This document shows positions 1-14,100 of a stretch of 64,000 bases of DNA, one piece after another. The notes beneath the pieces are model-generated. The model was given only the letters and a program-made list of their open reading frames with translations, had not been told where the DNA came from and made no database searches. The first letter of the stretch is position 1; every line of letters starts with the position of its first letter. Where the stretch lies: positions 1,984,001 to 2,048,000 of the forward strand of contig JAQGDQ010000002.1 in the NCBI GenBank assembly GCA_030141605.1, read 5' to 3'. Source of the stretch: Tubiluchus corallicola. Taxonomy: Eukaryota > Animalia > Priapulida. The translations under genes and the position numbers were made by a program.

Positions 1-914
1 ACACTATGCGAATTTAGAAATTAAAAGTTATTAATTTTTAATTAACTAAAAGACGAACTGAAAAACGTTCTTTAGTGTTATTGCGCGTGACCATATTGTC
101 AGGAAGTCAGGAATGTTTAAAGGTATATTGTAGGCCTATATACAGAATTTGCAGTTACCTGTCCGGCTGTCACTGAGGTTTGCTGGGCAGGTTTCCAGAT
201 AACGGTCATCATTTCACGTGTATGAACTGAAGCCCTCCATACAACGCATGCGACAGACGTGACGAATGCGTCAGAGTAGCACGCGTTATACTGAATACAT
301 GTAGGCACGTGTTCGAGAAACAGCAATTTCCAAAACATTTTCTTGCTATCAAGGAACAGATGGATGTAACATAAAAATGATGTGCGGCTCAGAATCAGGC
401 TTGCATGAAAAACAGCAAATGTGATATACTATAAATTTCTCAACTTCATTTCAAATTTATAATTTTGCGTGTAATCATTCGTCACCACGGATGGTAGTTC
501 TTCAGTAGGTAGTTAGTATTTCACTAGCGAGATTTATTTTCATAACGGGATTTTGAGATACGAAACAAAGTTTGCTATAGTAATCCCTAATTACGGAGAT
601 TGTCATCTTAAAAGGAAAATGATCAATACTGCACTCGTATTATGCGTGTCACATACAAACCAAGCCTAGTAAATCTCAATCACGTAATATACTGTTTTTG
701 TTGAAGAATTCGGATATCCGTTTCTTAAAAATGTTTTAAAAGAAATGAATAGAAAAACGCAAAACTAATGTAGTTATTGGTAAACATTTTAAAATGCCTT
801 TAAATTGTCATTACACGCTACGAATATAGTTAAGTCCCTTTTAACTAGACTAGAATTCAAGACAATGAAATTTCCAATGGGTTATAAACTGTGCGAAATG
901 GATTTGGCGTCATG

Positions 915-966
915 TGATTTTTCAGTCGAGTGACTCGACTAAAATCAAAAATCACTACTTTCTAGG

Positions 967-1000
<34 letters not shown>

Positions 1001-1610
1001 ATCGTCGTCGTCGTCGCCGTAATCGTTGTCGCTGCGGTTGCCGTTGTTATAGTTGTTGTCGTTGTTTTTGTTCTTGTTGTTTTGAGATGGCCTTTTGAAG
1101 AAACTTAAAGCTCCGTGAATTTGCAATGGATCGTCATGAAACTTGACAGGAACATTAAAACGAATTCTGCAGCGACAGAAAAAGTTAATTAGGTTGTCGA
1201 TCCGCTATTGTGAGTTCAAGATAGCGACAAAACATATACGTTGTGCGTATATGACGTCATGTAATGGCGCCGTCGAAACAGTATTGCGGGTGGTTTAAAA
1301 TGAAAACAAACAGAAATCCTTTCAACGCGAATACGATATATGCATAAAATAGCTATAAAGTAATATAATTTTTTAAGGAGACTTTTTTGAAATCTACTTC
1401 AGGTACCTTTTTTCTTGTCCTTTAAAGGTAAATCTGCGAACGCATACACTAGAACAAATTTCGCGTCTGTTAGCGGAGCCAGATTTTTGAACCTCAATCC
1501 TCGAACATTCGGAAATTTCATGACTGAACAGTGGCATGTATAGGTGATTTGAAAATCTGTTCACGATCCTGATATTCGGGATTAGGCAATCGTAGAATTG
1601 AGTCTTAGTT
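915..1610 (+). mobile_element. Helentron-associated (DINE-1/HINE-like) non-autonomous element
   Basis: T-run, then palindrome AGTCGAGtgaCTCGACT, then a (GTT)n microsatellite and an ATGAAACTTG motif; a 3' hairpin-like tcctga-tat-tcggga lies near 1570-1580. The right boundary is approximate. Confidence 0.45.
967..1082. repeat. (GTT)n / (GTC)n microsatellite
   Basis: Directly visible trinucleotide run. Confidence 0.95.
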
Positions 1611-3021
1611 ATCCGTAATTGCGTCGACACGGAAAAGGGAAAGCTACATAAAAATTCACCTCTTAAGAGTTATAAGTGCCTCGCGGAAAAACAAATCTAG
1701 GTAAAGAGATATTATACTTACTAAATAGTAATTAAGGAATATTAACTGATATTTAGTAAATAAGGAATTGGCTTAAGGAATCTATAATATACACACCTAA
1801 AAATTTTTAAGAAAAACATTTTTAAAGCAACTGCATTTTATATAAAAATAACTACATGTACACATATGTCAAATATACATAAATATTTATAACATAGGCC
1901 ACCTTTCCGAACAGGAAAGACTTTAAATATACAAAAGTAGCTATTTGTAACTTGGCTTTAGCATAAAATGATCTTCAACGTTTCATATGTTTTCTGAATT
2001 CAAAATATGTTTTGCTTGCACTGATAACAGATTGCTGACTGATCGTAATTACATCTTTTTAAAACCTTATAATATCTAACTGCTTATATAATTTGCATGA
2101 AAAGGAAAGGGATTCCCTCGATGATTTATAATTCGTAATTATCTAGTACAATGCTGAAAGTTCGTTTATCCGCTATGCAGCTCTTTGGTTAACCTGACAC
2201 ATTCGGCATCCTTTGATCTAAATAAACCGCGCATTAAATTCTTATCAGATATTCCTGCTAGAAACAGCTTAATCCTACACGCATTTAAACTCTGAATTTT
2301 ATAGTATATAAGCAAGAAAACAGTGAGTATGCCGCCCACTGTTTCCTTCTAAAAAGGAAGTACGCTTTCGTTGAAAAATAATTAATGGATTGTACTTTTA
2401 GCTTTCTTGCTATTTAGAGAGGTCGTTCCTGCTGTACATTTTTAACATTTCATGCTTTCTTCGCAAAGATATCTCAAAAAAGGGTACAGTAAGACGAGCC
2501 TGTTTTGATCACTTTCGGGATTCAATGCACTTATTAGGATTTAACTGGCAAAATTAATAAGTTCATCCTGCAATAATTCTGAAAATGCAAAACCAGGTTT
2601 GTTTTCTTTTCAAAAATTCGTACGTTTCTCGTTATCAGCCAAAGGTATTCATTGGCTGATTGTGCCAAGATTCAAATTATCAGTGGCCGTTTAATTTTAG
2701 TATAACATCTTTTAAAGTTTCACTTATCAGTATCACAACATTTGCGTGCCGAGAGAGATTTTTTCCGTCCACTATCGAAATTTATTAGTGAATAAACTAA
2801 TCGATAACGAATTAAAACATATTGGTTTCGAGTCTCGATAAGATCGATAGTCTTTTCGTACATTTCAATAGAGCGGTTAGAGGAAAAGTAATCCTAGCAG
2901 TTAAGATTTTATCAGTTCAAATTAACCCTTTCGTAGCCTACGCCAGTTTGAGGAAAGGTTACCAGCAGGTTGCTTTTTGTGAAAAGTGACGAAGTTTTGT
3001 TACTACATTTTCAACAATTAT

Positions 3022-3075
3022 TTGATGATGATGATAATGATGATCATGGAGGTGGTGATGATGATGATGAAGGTC

Positions 3076-3125
<50 letters not shown>

Positions 3126-3197
3126 CATGATGATCATGGAGGTGGTGATGATGCAGATGATGGTCATGATGATGATGGTGATGATGAAGATGATGAT
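3022..3197. repeat. Interrupted (GAT)n microsatellite
   Basis: Directly visible; explains the poly-D, poly-M and poly-I ORFs. Confidence 0.95.
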
Positions 3198-6100
3198 AAA
3201 ACTGTTACCAAAACGCAACAGTTTTTCTTGCTAAAAAGCATACAGACATGAAACCAAAGCGTACAATTTAGCATGGGACTAATTTAAAATTTCTCGCCTC
3301 GATCTATGGCGATTTCGTTCGTCATTCACAGTAACGAGTTAAAGCAGTAGCTTATTTGTAAACGTTAGGTTTATAAAATGTCCCAGTAACATACTGTAAT
3401 GGCTAATTGTATTATTATCGCACAGACTTCCTAATCTGTTTTTATTCACAGATATTTTATTGAAAATGCTTTCTGAGCTAGTGCAGATTTTTATCATTTC
3501 TTCATTTCATCATGAAGCATCACCTGCCGGAGTTAAAATAAACATTGCTCGGTGGCAACAATTAGACACGCTTGACCTTAAATGACATCCGAGTTTGGCT
3601 TGTTAGATGAATGTAGGTGTTATCATGACTGTATTAACAGAGTGACAATATGTCTGAATGGCTGCATGCAAAGCTGGTTGTCAGAGTGAGACTCAGTGAG
3701 TGGCAGAGTGAGTGACTAACTGACAATCCGGCCGACTTAATCAACAGAGAAATAGATCCCCGGACCGAATAACATCATACATGATCAATAATATTAGTTG
3801 CTTAACAGTATTTATTCACAAAACAGCAAACTGAATTTTCTATATGAACTTAAAAAAAGGTAACAAAACAAATTTCCACAGTTAAAACAAAGAAAAAGTG
3901 TTAAATTTCAAACTGCCGCTGCTGCTGTTTATTATCCGTAACAAGAAATGAAGAAAAGGGTGAAATATCACACGAAGATACTAGTATATATTAAACATTC
4001 TTTTTTTCATATTATTTATAAGTAAAAACACCACACCTTAAAAATATACGTCACATTCTCGGAGGCGCAGCAAATAAAATACAAAAAACAAATATAAAAC
4101 AGAATCACTGGCCACTATCACACAAACTGAAAGAGGGACAAAAACGAAGGAAAAAAACAAGAGAGAACAAGATCGAAGCCATTACCAGAAAATTACAGAG
4201 GAAGCAACCTTATGCAAAATAAATTCCGCAAATTAATATTTATTACGTAATTATGGTAACTTTATAGTGAATCATAAGTGAAGTTATAGTAATTATAGTG
4301 AATCACAGAATGCATAAAAAATGCCAATGTACATTTCACGATAAGATCCCATTTTCCGAAATTTTCTATGAATACAATTGATTCAATTCACAAGCTTATA
4401 TTCGCCAGTTATGCTATTTAGGCTGTCTGTATGCAAACTGCGCATTGCGTCAACCTCAATCTATTAAGGAAAGAGTTACACATGCGTCTAGTTATTGCCA
4501 ATAACGCGTCAGTACACCCATTACTGCCATTAAGCACTCGTATTAACTGGGTCTGAATAAAATTGCAATTTGGCAAATCATTCACAGATATTGTCGCGGG
4601 TCGCATGATTGCTTTAACCCTCCCCGAGTGGAGAAATTGCAATCCCAAAATTACCACGAATGCGTTTTTCCCGAAAATTGCATTTTTTGAGAATAAATGA
4701 GGGCAGATGCAGAGCGTCTTACATTGCTCCCCACGAGCAGTAATTTTTTTAGCTTCTACTTACTTTATTGACAACACGAAATAATTCTTCTAATCTAAAA
4801 ACATCACTTAACATACTGCAAAATAATAATAACTTTTTAAGAACATTAATGATAATAATAGTCTTCACAAAAATCTCTGTCTTCATTTCATGTCACGTTA
4901 GTTACCACAAACTCAACCGAGCATAACAAATTTATACTTATCTATATAACAATGGCTATTGTTACCCGATATTAATTCAATTAATCCGTGTTTGGTAGAA
5001 AAAAATCGGAGTATTTTTTAAGATGATTATCTCTTTTGTAGGATCGGCCACGAATTATGCCCACGACTTCCCTCTCTAAAACCAAAAAGGTAACTCTGAG
5101 CTACTCCTCTGGTATTTTAATAAACGTCTGTTTAACCTCTTTTGTGCGTTTCAATAATTATTTTCGACGCGTTTAGTTTTTATGTTGGAAGACACACGCC
5201 GTACATAGTTATGCCCTAAACAAATGTATCAACAGAGTAAATTCATTACGAATCTTTCCCTTCATTGCTTAACGATGCCGTTTATCACCACCCGCCCATA
5301 TTTTAACTGTCCAATATTTTTTCTATAGTCTAACTCGCTATTTGGTGAGCTTTCTTATACAAATCATTCTGCGCTCTGTTAACAGTACATGTTTATGAAT
5401 TTACAAGGAAGTGCACATAAATTAAGTATTGATGGATTCAACTGCCTTCAATGTAAGAAGTTTGTTTTATGAAAAAGCGTTACATGCATGAAGTAAATTT
5501 AAAGGTTTACTAGCCTAAAATGCTTTGTTTTCGTATCAGTAGATGCTGCAGATTACAATCATGGTTTATAAGGCTTGTCACATTTCAGTATATTATCGTA
5601 CATAAGTTGCTGCCTCTTGTACGTTTCTTCATTTGGCAAATGTGTGTATTATTTGCATCCTTATTATCCAGTTTACAGTGCGGACACAATGCTATGACTT
5701 CAAATATAAAGCTGTCACCAAGATGGATTCAATGATTTAATCACATTTTAGGCATAAATCAATTATACGTTTGCTTCAAGAATCATAACCCAAGTAGTTT
5801 CAGTTGCGATTTTTTCTTTCATGTCTCTTTTTTTTGTTTTATTATTGTCACAGCAATCTCTACGAACATTCTCATCTCTCGCGGGAAAAGGCTTCAATCT
5901 GCAACATCGTCATTCTCATTAGTCACGCATCATTGAACGCTAATGAATTCTGTTGGTAATTTACTATTATTGCTGGCACGTTTGCGCAAAAAATCCAGTA
6001 GGCGTGGGGCGCACCGATCTCGCCCGCCATCCACTGCGAACGTAAATCATCAAAACGAGTCCCAATTACGGCACACACAATCACGGATTGGTGCTTTATA

Positions 6101-6529
6101 TGTAAACACGACCAAGTCTGCGCTGTTAGTTCTTAATGATGTTTATTAAACACCTATAAGCACCCTGGCTCTTTGCTGTTCTTTATTGACAATGATAAAT
6201 GGTATTAATTAGGATGTATGGAGCTATAAGCCCTTTTCAGGATTGTTTTGTGTTATATACGGCAATGTGCCGGTTGTTAATGTAACACATGAATGGATAG
6301 ACAGCGCATTGAGACGAGAATTCAACCATACATCACCGCGGCTTTCACAATTTGTCAAATTTGTCTAATGAGCGAGTAATTAAAGGATGCTAATTAGCAT
6401 ATAACTGGCTCTGCGCCGGGATCAAAGCGAGCGGCTCTGCTTTGTCCGGGTTTGAAGCCATTCTGCGTTGGCTTCCACCTGGGAATTAAGAAGAAAAAGT
6501 CAAAATGTCACTTAAATGTAAGAAAAAGA

Positions 6530-6608
6530 GTGATGATGATGAAGATGATGACGATGACGATGATGATGATGACGATTAATTGTGGTGATGATGAGATGGT
6601 GCTGCTCA

Positions 6609-6673
<65 letters not shown>

Positions 6674-6723
6674 GTGATGATGACGAGGACAACGACGACG
6701 AGGACGAGGAGGAAAGAGAGTGA

Positions 6724-6783
<60 letters not shown>
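6530..6783. repeat. Compound microsatellite (GAT)n-(GCT)n-(GAT)n-(GAC)n-(GA)n
   Basis: Directly visible. Confidence 0.95.
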
Positions 6784-6786
<3 letters not shown>

Positions 6787-9700
6787 GGTGCATTAAACGA
6801 AGAGAGACACTACTTATCATAGATATCAAGCATCCGAAAGTGGTATCACATTTCATGAATACTCATCGGCGCCTGTTACAAGTTAACTTCGATTTGAATT
6901 CCTAAAGTAAATTATGTCAAATACTTTTCAACATAATAACCAGGCAAGAACCAAAAACTGTCTAGTTGCATCAGACAGCAAAATAAAGATTATTTCCGCT
7001 TGAATCGTCATCTATACCCATCTAACCTACTCATTGATAATGGTCGGTTTATAATGTTTAGCACCTAATGCTTTCCTTTGAAGTTGAATTTGTGCTCCTG
7101 ATCGCTTGGGAGTCGAGCATTATTTTACACTTCATTATATTCTACGTGACAAGCCTTGATTAAAGCATGCATATAGAAAGCTTATTAATGTCTAATTGCC
7201 AACTGATCTCATCATGTATAAGTTGCGTGATTAGCGGTTTCTATGAGCCTTTTTCTGAGGAGTTACTTGCGTTTGCCGATGAACAAAAGTGGGTAAATCT
7301 TCAAGTTCTAAGCTGTGACGTGAGCAGAAATTGAAGAATGCTATCAAATTGCGAGAAAAGTGACGCGTGGTTTCGCAAAAAAGCGCACGTCGTTAGTTAG
7401 CGGGCTGGCATTATAAATATGGATGTAGTTTTGAAATCACGCGTACAGTTGTTATGGCACGCATGAGTCTGAAGCGTTAATGGTACTAATACCCGCAATG
7501 CTGTTTTGCGTGGCTTAAAGTTTTCACTACTTTTTGGTTGAAATTAAAGGGAAATGAGGCCTCTAATGGAAAACGCATTACTTTGATGAATATACACTTA
7601 ATTTATGTAAAAAAACATTTAGAAAAAAGTTCTTACGTTTACGATTAAGCTACAGAGCCTTTTCTCGTTAAATCGAATTTTGAAATACATGTAGTTGAGT
7701 CGTTCTTTTTTGCTTCAACTCAGTAACAGAGTTAAATACAGTTTGACATAGGTGACTCAACCAAAAAAATCTTCGCCATAAGCACACAAACGCAAATCAA
7801 TTAATCAGTCAGTAAACTCTTATTTAAATAAATAAAAAACTACACACATCATGTTAAAGATCTCGTAGATGAACTGAGCTAGCATCCATGGTCGATAGAC
7901 TTATCCGTTTGCAAATGTTGTAGAAGGACTGAGTAATATGTAATTTGTGAACAGCAAACTTCTAGATCAGAATGTAAGAATTTCTGCTTAATTTAATGTG
8001 CCAGTTTTTGTGCAATGTCATAGTGCCATGTTTGTATGTTTTTATTTTATTTTAGCACCCTTATTATGGATCCGCTCCTTTTTTGGAAGCGATCAGCTGA
8101 AACCAGCAGTAAAGATGGAGTGTTGTGTTAACAAGGAGAAAAACTTCATTATTTATGCACGTGACAGAGCAAGAACTCAACACGTGTCTGAGATAAAATC
8201 TCCAACTCACAGATTCGCTGAATTTATGCGATTTATAGACAGACACCATCTGCAGCTCCTGCCCAGTAAGGAAATCCCAGACGCTAAATTAATTCTTATA
8301 ATAATGTTCTTGTAATTTATTGATAAGAAACAACTGAAGTGACAAAAAGTTGTTGGAAAGTAAATTTTATGCTCTTAGTCACTATAGGCAGTTGGCAGTA
8401 ATACATGCATCGCCTAAAATTACGACCAAATATTAAATCGTAACATATTAAACGAAATGTATATTTCAGATTTTGGGGGTTAACATAGAATTATTAAATT
8501 TTTTAAACAAAATTTGCCAAAAAGATGTAGAAAAAATTTAAACTGAATCTGGATTTGAACTAGAAGCAAAGTCATAATTCTACAACTAGATCGTTTATCT
8601 GAATTTAAACGAACTTCAAGTCGTTAGAAAAATCGCAAAACTTAAGCTGCTCTTCCTTTATTCACTTATGTGCATTTTGCTGATTTTTTTAATATGACTA
8701 AATGAATAAAAATTACCGAAGTCCATAATCTAAAAACTAGTAAACAGCTCTCAGTTGTCTGATGTTTACCTTACTGTAGCAGTTTCGTTACACGAAACAC
8801 ATCTTGCATATTGCTGCAACAAGATGCTCTTATTTGGCACTAACAAATGGTATTAGTTTCCCAAGGGTTGGAAACCCATTTTTTCAATATTTTAACAAGT
8901 AAACCGAAACAATTACGTATATTTATCATGTTAGTTGTTGTGAGTTGTTGGAAATACTAATAAGGTATTTCTACATAGGATCGCAAGTTTTGCAACTTTC
9001 TCTTGTGAACGCCATGAATGCCATGCGTTGATAGCATTTGGTTGTCGTCAATGGTAAGCATTGCAGTAAGCGAGAGTTGAATCGATGGCTCGCACTGCTT
9101 TAACAAGTGCTTTCCAACTGTTAATGTTACACCCTCTGTCAACAGCTGTTTGTATCAGTAAATTGTGTAAATAAAAACGTACTTAGTACCGATAATGCAG
9201 GACACATCGGGCTGATATGGGATGACCTGATTTCAAGGAATAAAGTATCCTATACCTTGGAATGAAATTTGATGCGGTGTTACTCTGCAAAAAGTGCATG
9301 CATGGCCAACAACAATAGAACATTCATTTTTGTATTGAGTTACTTATGTCGTCTGCCTTCGGATTTAAATGACACCTCGGCGGCATTTATAAATGCGCGC
9401 ATACGCGTTTTCATCACTTATTCAGGCATTATAACAAAAGGAATAGAAAACGTAAATGGTTAGACCTGTGTACTTATTGTCACTGTGAAAAGCTTTGGGT
9501 AATGATTATAATATGAAACGTAGGGCCTACATTCTAATCATGTAATGCATTCAGAGATGGTGAAATCATTTCTTTGACAATGTGAAATCATACAAATTGG
9601 AGGAGGGTTTTCTATAAATCTCCTCGCGAAATTTATAAGCATATAATCGGATCTGCACTTTGGGGTTATTCTTTGCAAATTTTCATATTTCCCCATCTGT

Positions 9701-10692
9701 GGAACTGCATCATTTTGGCGTTGTGCGAGGTCTTTTGTAGCCGTAACAAAGAAAGGACGTTTTTTAAAGGCTTCGTTTGCAAATCTTATAAAATCGAGTT
9801 GGTTTTGCACATAAAAAAACCTCCGTTTGTACATAACTACAACATGCATTCCACGAAAGAAAATTGGACCATGCTTAGTCGGGAAGCAATCAGTTTAGTC
9901 ACACAATTTTCCACTTCAGACGGAAAAAATTAAGTTTACACGTCTTTCATTGTCGTGGGTTTTCAAACTTCTTTGACATGCTAAAATAGATTGTGCAGAA
10001 ATTGAAGTGACGCAAGATCCTGTCAAAACACAACTGCGTGTGTAGGTCCTATAGTGGCGACTAAAATCTAGGTTTTGCTTAAAATAGGCTTACAGGCTGG
10101 ATTATTTGTACTCCCCTCCATTATTCTGTAAGCAAATAACTTGAATCAATTTTAGAGGTCCTAGGAAAACATGTGCAAACGTCTGTAGGCGTGTTTAAGT
10201 ATCAACTGAAGAGGCTATACGCCAGGTGTGTGTTTATAAGTCCATTATACTGCAAATGAAATTGTGCTACTGAGAGAGCAAAAGTTTATGTTTTCTATGT
10301 AAACGATACATTAACATTTAGAGGCGATATAGTATCATACTTGAAGATATCAGGTGACGTGAAAATTAATGTTAAAGTTGTATGTACGCAACTTGCAATT
10401 TTTAGGTATTTTACACGTAAAGAGAAGATTAAAGTCACACCTAGATTTTTATCTCAGCAATAGTTGCTGTAGGTGGCGGCACCTATAAACTTTTACTGCG
10501 TTATTTATACAAAAATAATAAAGCGAACAAAACATTACAAAGGGTATAAACTGAAAAGATTCATGAGAATGAGAACGTATACAACTTTTCCTAGGTGCAT
10601 TACAATTGTAATTGCAAAAACTGAGTAATTTAATAGTAATTTAATTATTGTATTTTTATCATAACATCAATTTCATGAGTAACTCTGTAATA

Positions 10693-11189
10693 TTAAAACA
10701 CAAGAAAACACTCTTCACTAATAAAGCTCAAAAAATTTATCTTTAAATTTGATGTCACCTACACTGCGGTCTTATGCATACAGGACTTGCGTTAGCAGTA
10801 AAATCTGCGTAAAACTTGTTAAGTTTAGAATCCCCCGATGACCGTTAGACGCAGCCATTTTAACGTCAGTCGTTTGGAACAAGTTTAGACCAACATTAAG
10901 TATAGTTTGAAAAGTAATCAGAGCATTCTCGTAACACACTCTTCCCTAACTAAGCGAAAGTTTAAATTAATTTGTCTTGTCAATAAGATTAATAATGTGT
11001 TGATGATTCAGTGATGTACACTGGGATGGCGATACAGTGGCGTTTTACAAGATGGCGCGAACATTTTAAATTAACAACAATTTTCTTTTCCAATTACATA
11101 AGTCTTTCAAATAGGTATGCCTAATGCTAAGCAATATAACTTTGTATTTAAAGTTTGGGATGTACTTTAAAATTCCCTTTCCTTTTTAA
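10693..11189. mobile_element. TTAA-bounded non-autonomous DNA transposon (Kolobok-like), copy 1
   Basis: Aligns by eye along its length with 31133-31815 (shared gcagccattttaac, taagtctttcaaa.aggta, tgtactttaaaatt). Both copies begin and end at TTAA. The superfamily is inferred from TTAA plus purine/pyrimidine termini. Confidence 0.65.
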
Positions 11190-14100
11190 GTTTGAGTAAT
11201 AATTATGTTTACTTTTCAAAAAGCTCAAGTTGCTGTGCTTGACTCGCCAAGCAGTCGTTGGTCATTACGCTGCTGGTAATTTAATTACTAATTGCAGGTG
11301 CGTAATTACAACTCTTATGTCTGCTGATAAGTTATCTGTCTAAAAGTTGGTAGATAACATCACACCTACACAAAGAAGCACTTAGCCAGAAGTTAACAAT
11401 AATGAGGCTAAGGAGGGCTTGCTTTTGACTTATTTATGACTGCTATCTCTTTCTAAGCTGCAACAAATAGTGCAATTAATTATTTAAGACAAGGAGTTGG
11501 AGAGGTTCTTAAATAGAGGTACTGTGATTTATGAATGTCACAGAACATTTCAGCTAAAAAGCAAACATAACAGCACGTAAATCAACAAATTATTTGACAC
11601 GCCGTTTTCTCTAGTCCCTCCTGTCATTAGACCAAGACACCATGCTAATCCCTAAATGTCGTTAGACTTGATCCAGTTATTTCCAGCCACGATGTAGTGA
11701 TACTTAACGTGGCTAATGTAGTGATACTTAAGGAAATCACCTTTTTCCATGTGGCAATTTCGACTACATAATGGCAAGAACAAACAAAGAAACGAACGAA
11801 CGCACAAACAAGCAAGCAAACAGAGAATGAACGGCATACTAACAAACGAATGAACCAACAAAATAAAGAATCAAACAGCATACTACGACATAATCGCAAA
11901 GGGTTATGGTCTAATGAACGATGGCGTCAGCGATGAGAAGCATTATTATAACAATGACAATAGCGACAATAAATTTGTGGCGGCCATAAAGTTTCGCGAG
12001 CTTATAATTATATGAAAAAACATAGAATATTTCAACTAAGAAAGCCCTTAAACAAATTTCAGAGTTAAGCTGCAAAATCGCTGTGATCCTTTTCAGTGTG
12101 AAGAAACTAAGAAGCCAATCACTTTTTGTAAGAACAGTAAATTAGAGTTATTCTATAAGTGAAAAAGGTATATCATGTTTTTCTACTCGGCCAATAAATT
12201 CCGCAATTTCGTCCAACAAATTAGGCTGTAAATTGTGTTGTTATGTTCAAAAGCGAGCTAAGAACAACTTTGCAAAGGTTTAGCGCACCCGTAGTCTCCT
12301 CAGAATGGTAAGTGCGCATTAATATCTAGGTCAGGTATTCTAGATGTTGCAACGTTTTCAGTAGATTATTACTTTTAAGTTTCTCATTAATGTTCGTGAT
12401 TTATAATTAGTTGTTGTGGTTGTTTCGAATTGCGTAGTAAGTTGTGCGTCTTTTCGGATCCGCCCGTAGCCTGTAGCAGTAGGGAGAAATTATTGGAAAT
12501 CCGATACCCCAGTGGGGCCCGTGCAATGCTAACGTAATTGCCAACTGATGGCTCTTGTCTGTCAACTCAAGTCTCAACTTGTAAATCTTGGCAAAGACGT
12601 TGTTGTTTGATTTTCTTGGGAGATAACATGAAGAGTTTAGCCAGGGATCTTGAATATATGAAGGTGAAAAACGATGGGTGAGGTTTTAATGTGGTTGATG
12701 AATATCCTGGTTTGCATTTTACGGCATCTTTTGCACACATGTGAACTAAAACTCAAATATTATTTGTTCCCCACAGCTTCCACCAAAATTCAAATTCGCG
12801 TTTTGATGCGCCCACATCACTGAGATGATTATAGAACTTTTGTCTTCTATAGAGACCTTCAGGATCTATTCCCGATTTGTTCACTTTCTTCCTCAGTAGC
12901 AATTTAGGGATAATCTTGCATTTATGTAACAAATGCACGTACCACACGAATGCGTGCGAATGCACGGCGGTTTTACAACTTTAATCTTAGATCTTAGTTT
13001 TTCCTCTTGGGTTGATCAATGTAACTACTGTTGTGAGGATTGTAACAGTGTAACATGTTGTAAGCGTATTTATTCATTAATTTCACTCACTCTGGCAGTT
13101 AATACTATCACCTTAGTAGAACGTATATTCTATATTAAATTAAAATAACAGGCGTAGCTTTGCTGTTGCATGTTTTATCCGCTACCTCTTCCTATGCCTG
13201 TCTGCTTCGCTTCTTGTTGTTTTTCAGTGCCTGGATGAATAAAAACGCAGGAAGACAATGTCTGGCAATTAAAGACGTAGTTGGCACCGTGTCTAACGCA
13301 TTTACATAGTTGATACAGCTGCCGACCACATGACGGGATTCTCCGGCACGAATCAGACGTCCGACTTGGCTTCTTCGATATGAAACCGACACCCATCCCC
13401 ACAGCGACTCGATACAAATACAAGCTGAAACGCGTAATTTGAATCGAATTAGAAGCGTGGGAAAATTCTGGCATTTGAAAATTCACGTGTTTTTCCGAGT
13501 AATAAGGGTATAAAATTTGTTTATTTTATTGTTTTATGTCATGCAGTGGTATGTTACTTGAGTTGTTACATTGCAAACATTGAAAGTATATTTAAATTTT
13601 ATGTGGATCGTTAATAATTTTAAATCCCGTGCGGCGCGTTTTTATGACTTTGCAGGAAATCTTTGTTATTCCCTGTCGGGTTTGTAATTCAGTTTTATTT
13701 TATTGTTTGCTGTAAAGAAGGCTATTATTTAAATAAATTTCGGTACTTGGGCTCGGTTTAATTGCGTGTTTATAAATGTGTGATTAACTCTTAAACTCGA
13801 AAAAGGGTAATTTGCTCCAAGATGTTCACCCGTTGGTAGACATAAACACAAGTGTCTTAGCACATGAATAACAAACATTTGAATGTTAACTCTAAATTAT
13901 TAGTATATGGAAGAACCATAGGAAAATATAAGCTGCAACACAGTGATTTTTGCACAAATTTATATAATAGCTATAACTCATATAATGGAATCACTTAAAC
14001 GAAAATTTTAATTATATAATAAAAATGTCCAGCTGAAGTTATCAATGTTTAAAGGAGAAATTTTTCACAATGGTATTGCTCGTCAGTTAATACATCAACA

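Noticed and set aside
608-844. Possible TTAA-bounded MITE (ttaaaagg...ccttttaa)
   Set aside because: The inverted match is only about 8 bp in AT-rich DNA and I saw no second copy.
2970-3251. Low-complexity ORFs (poly-D/M/I here; also 914-1108, 6452-6856, 14805-15077 and 24232-24644)
   Set aside because: They are open only because microsatellites lack stop codons; no domain or splice support.
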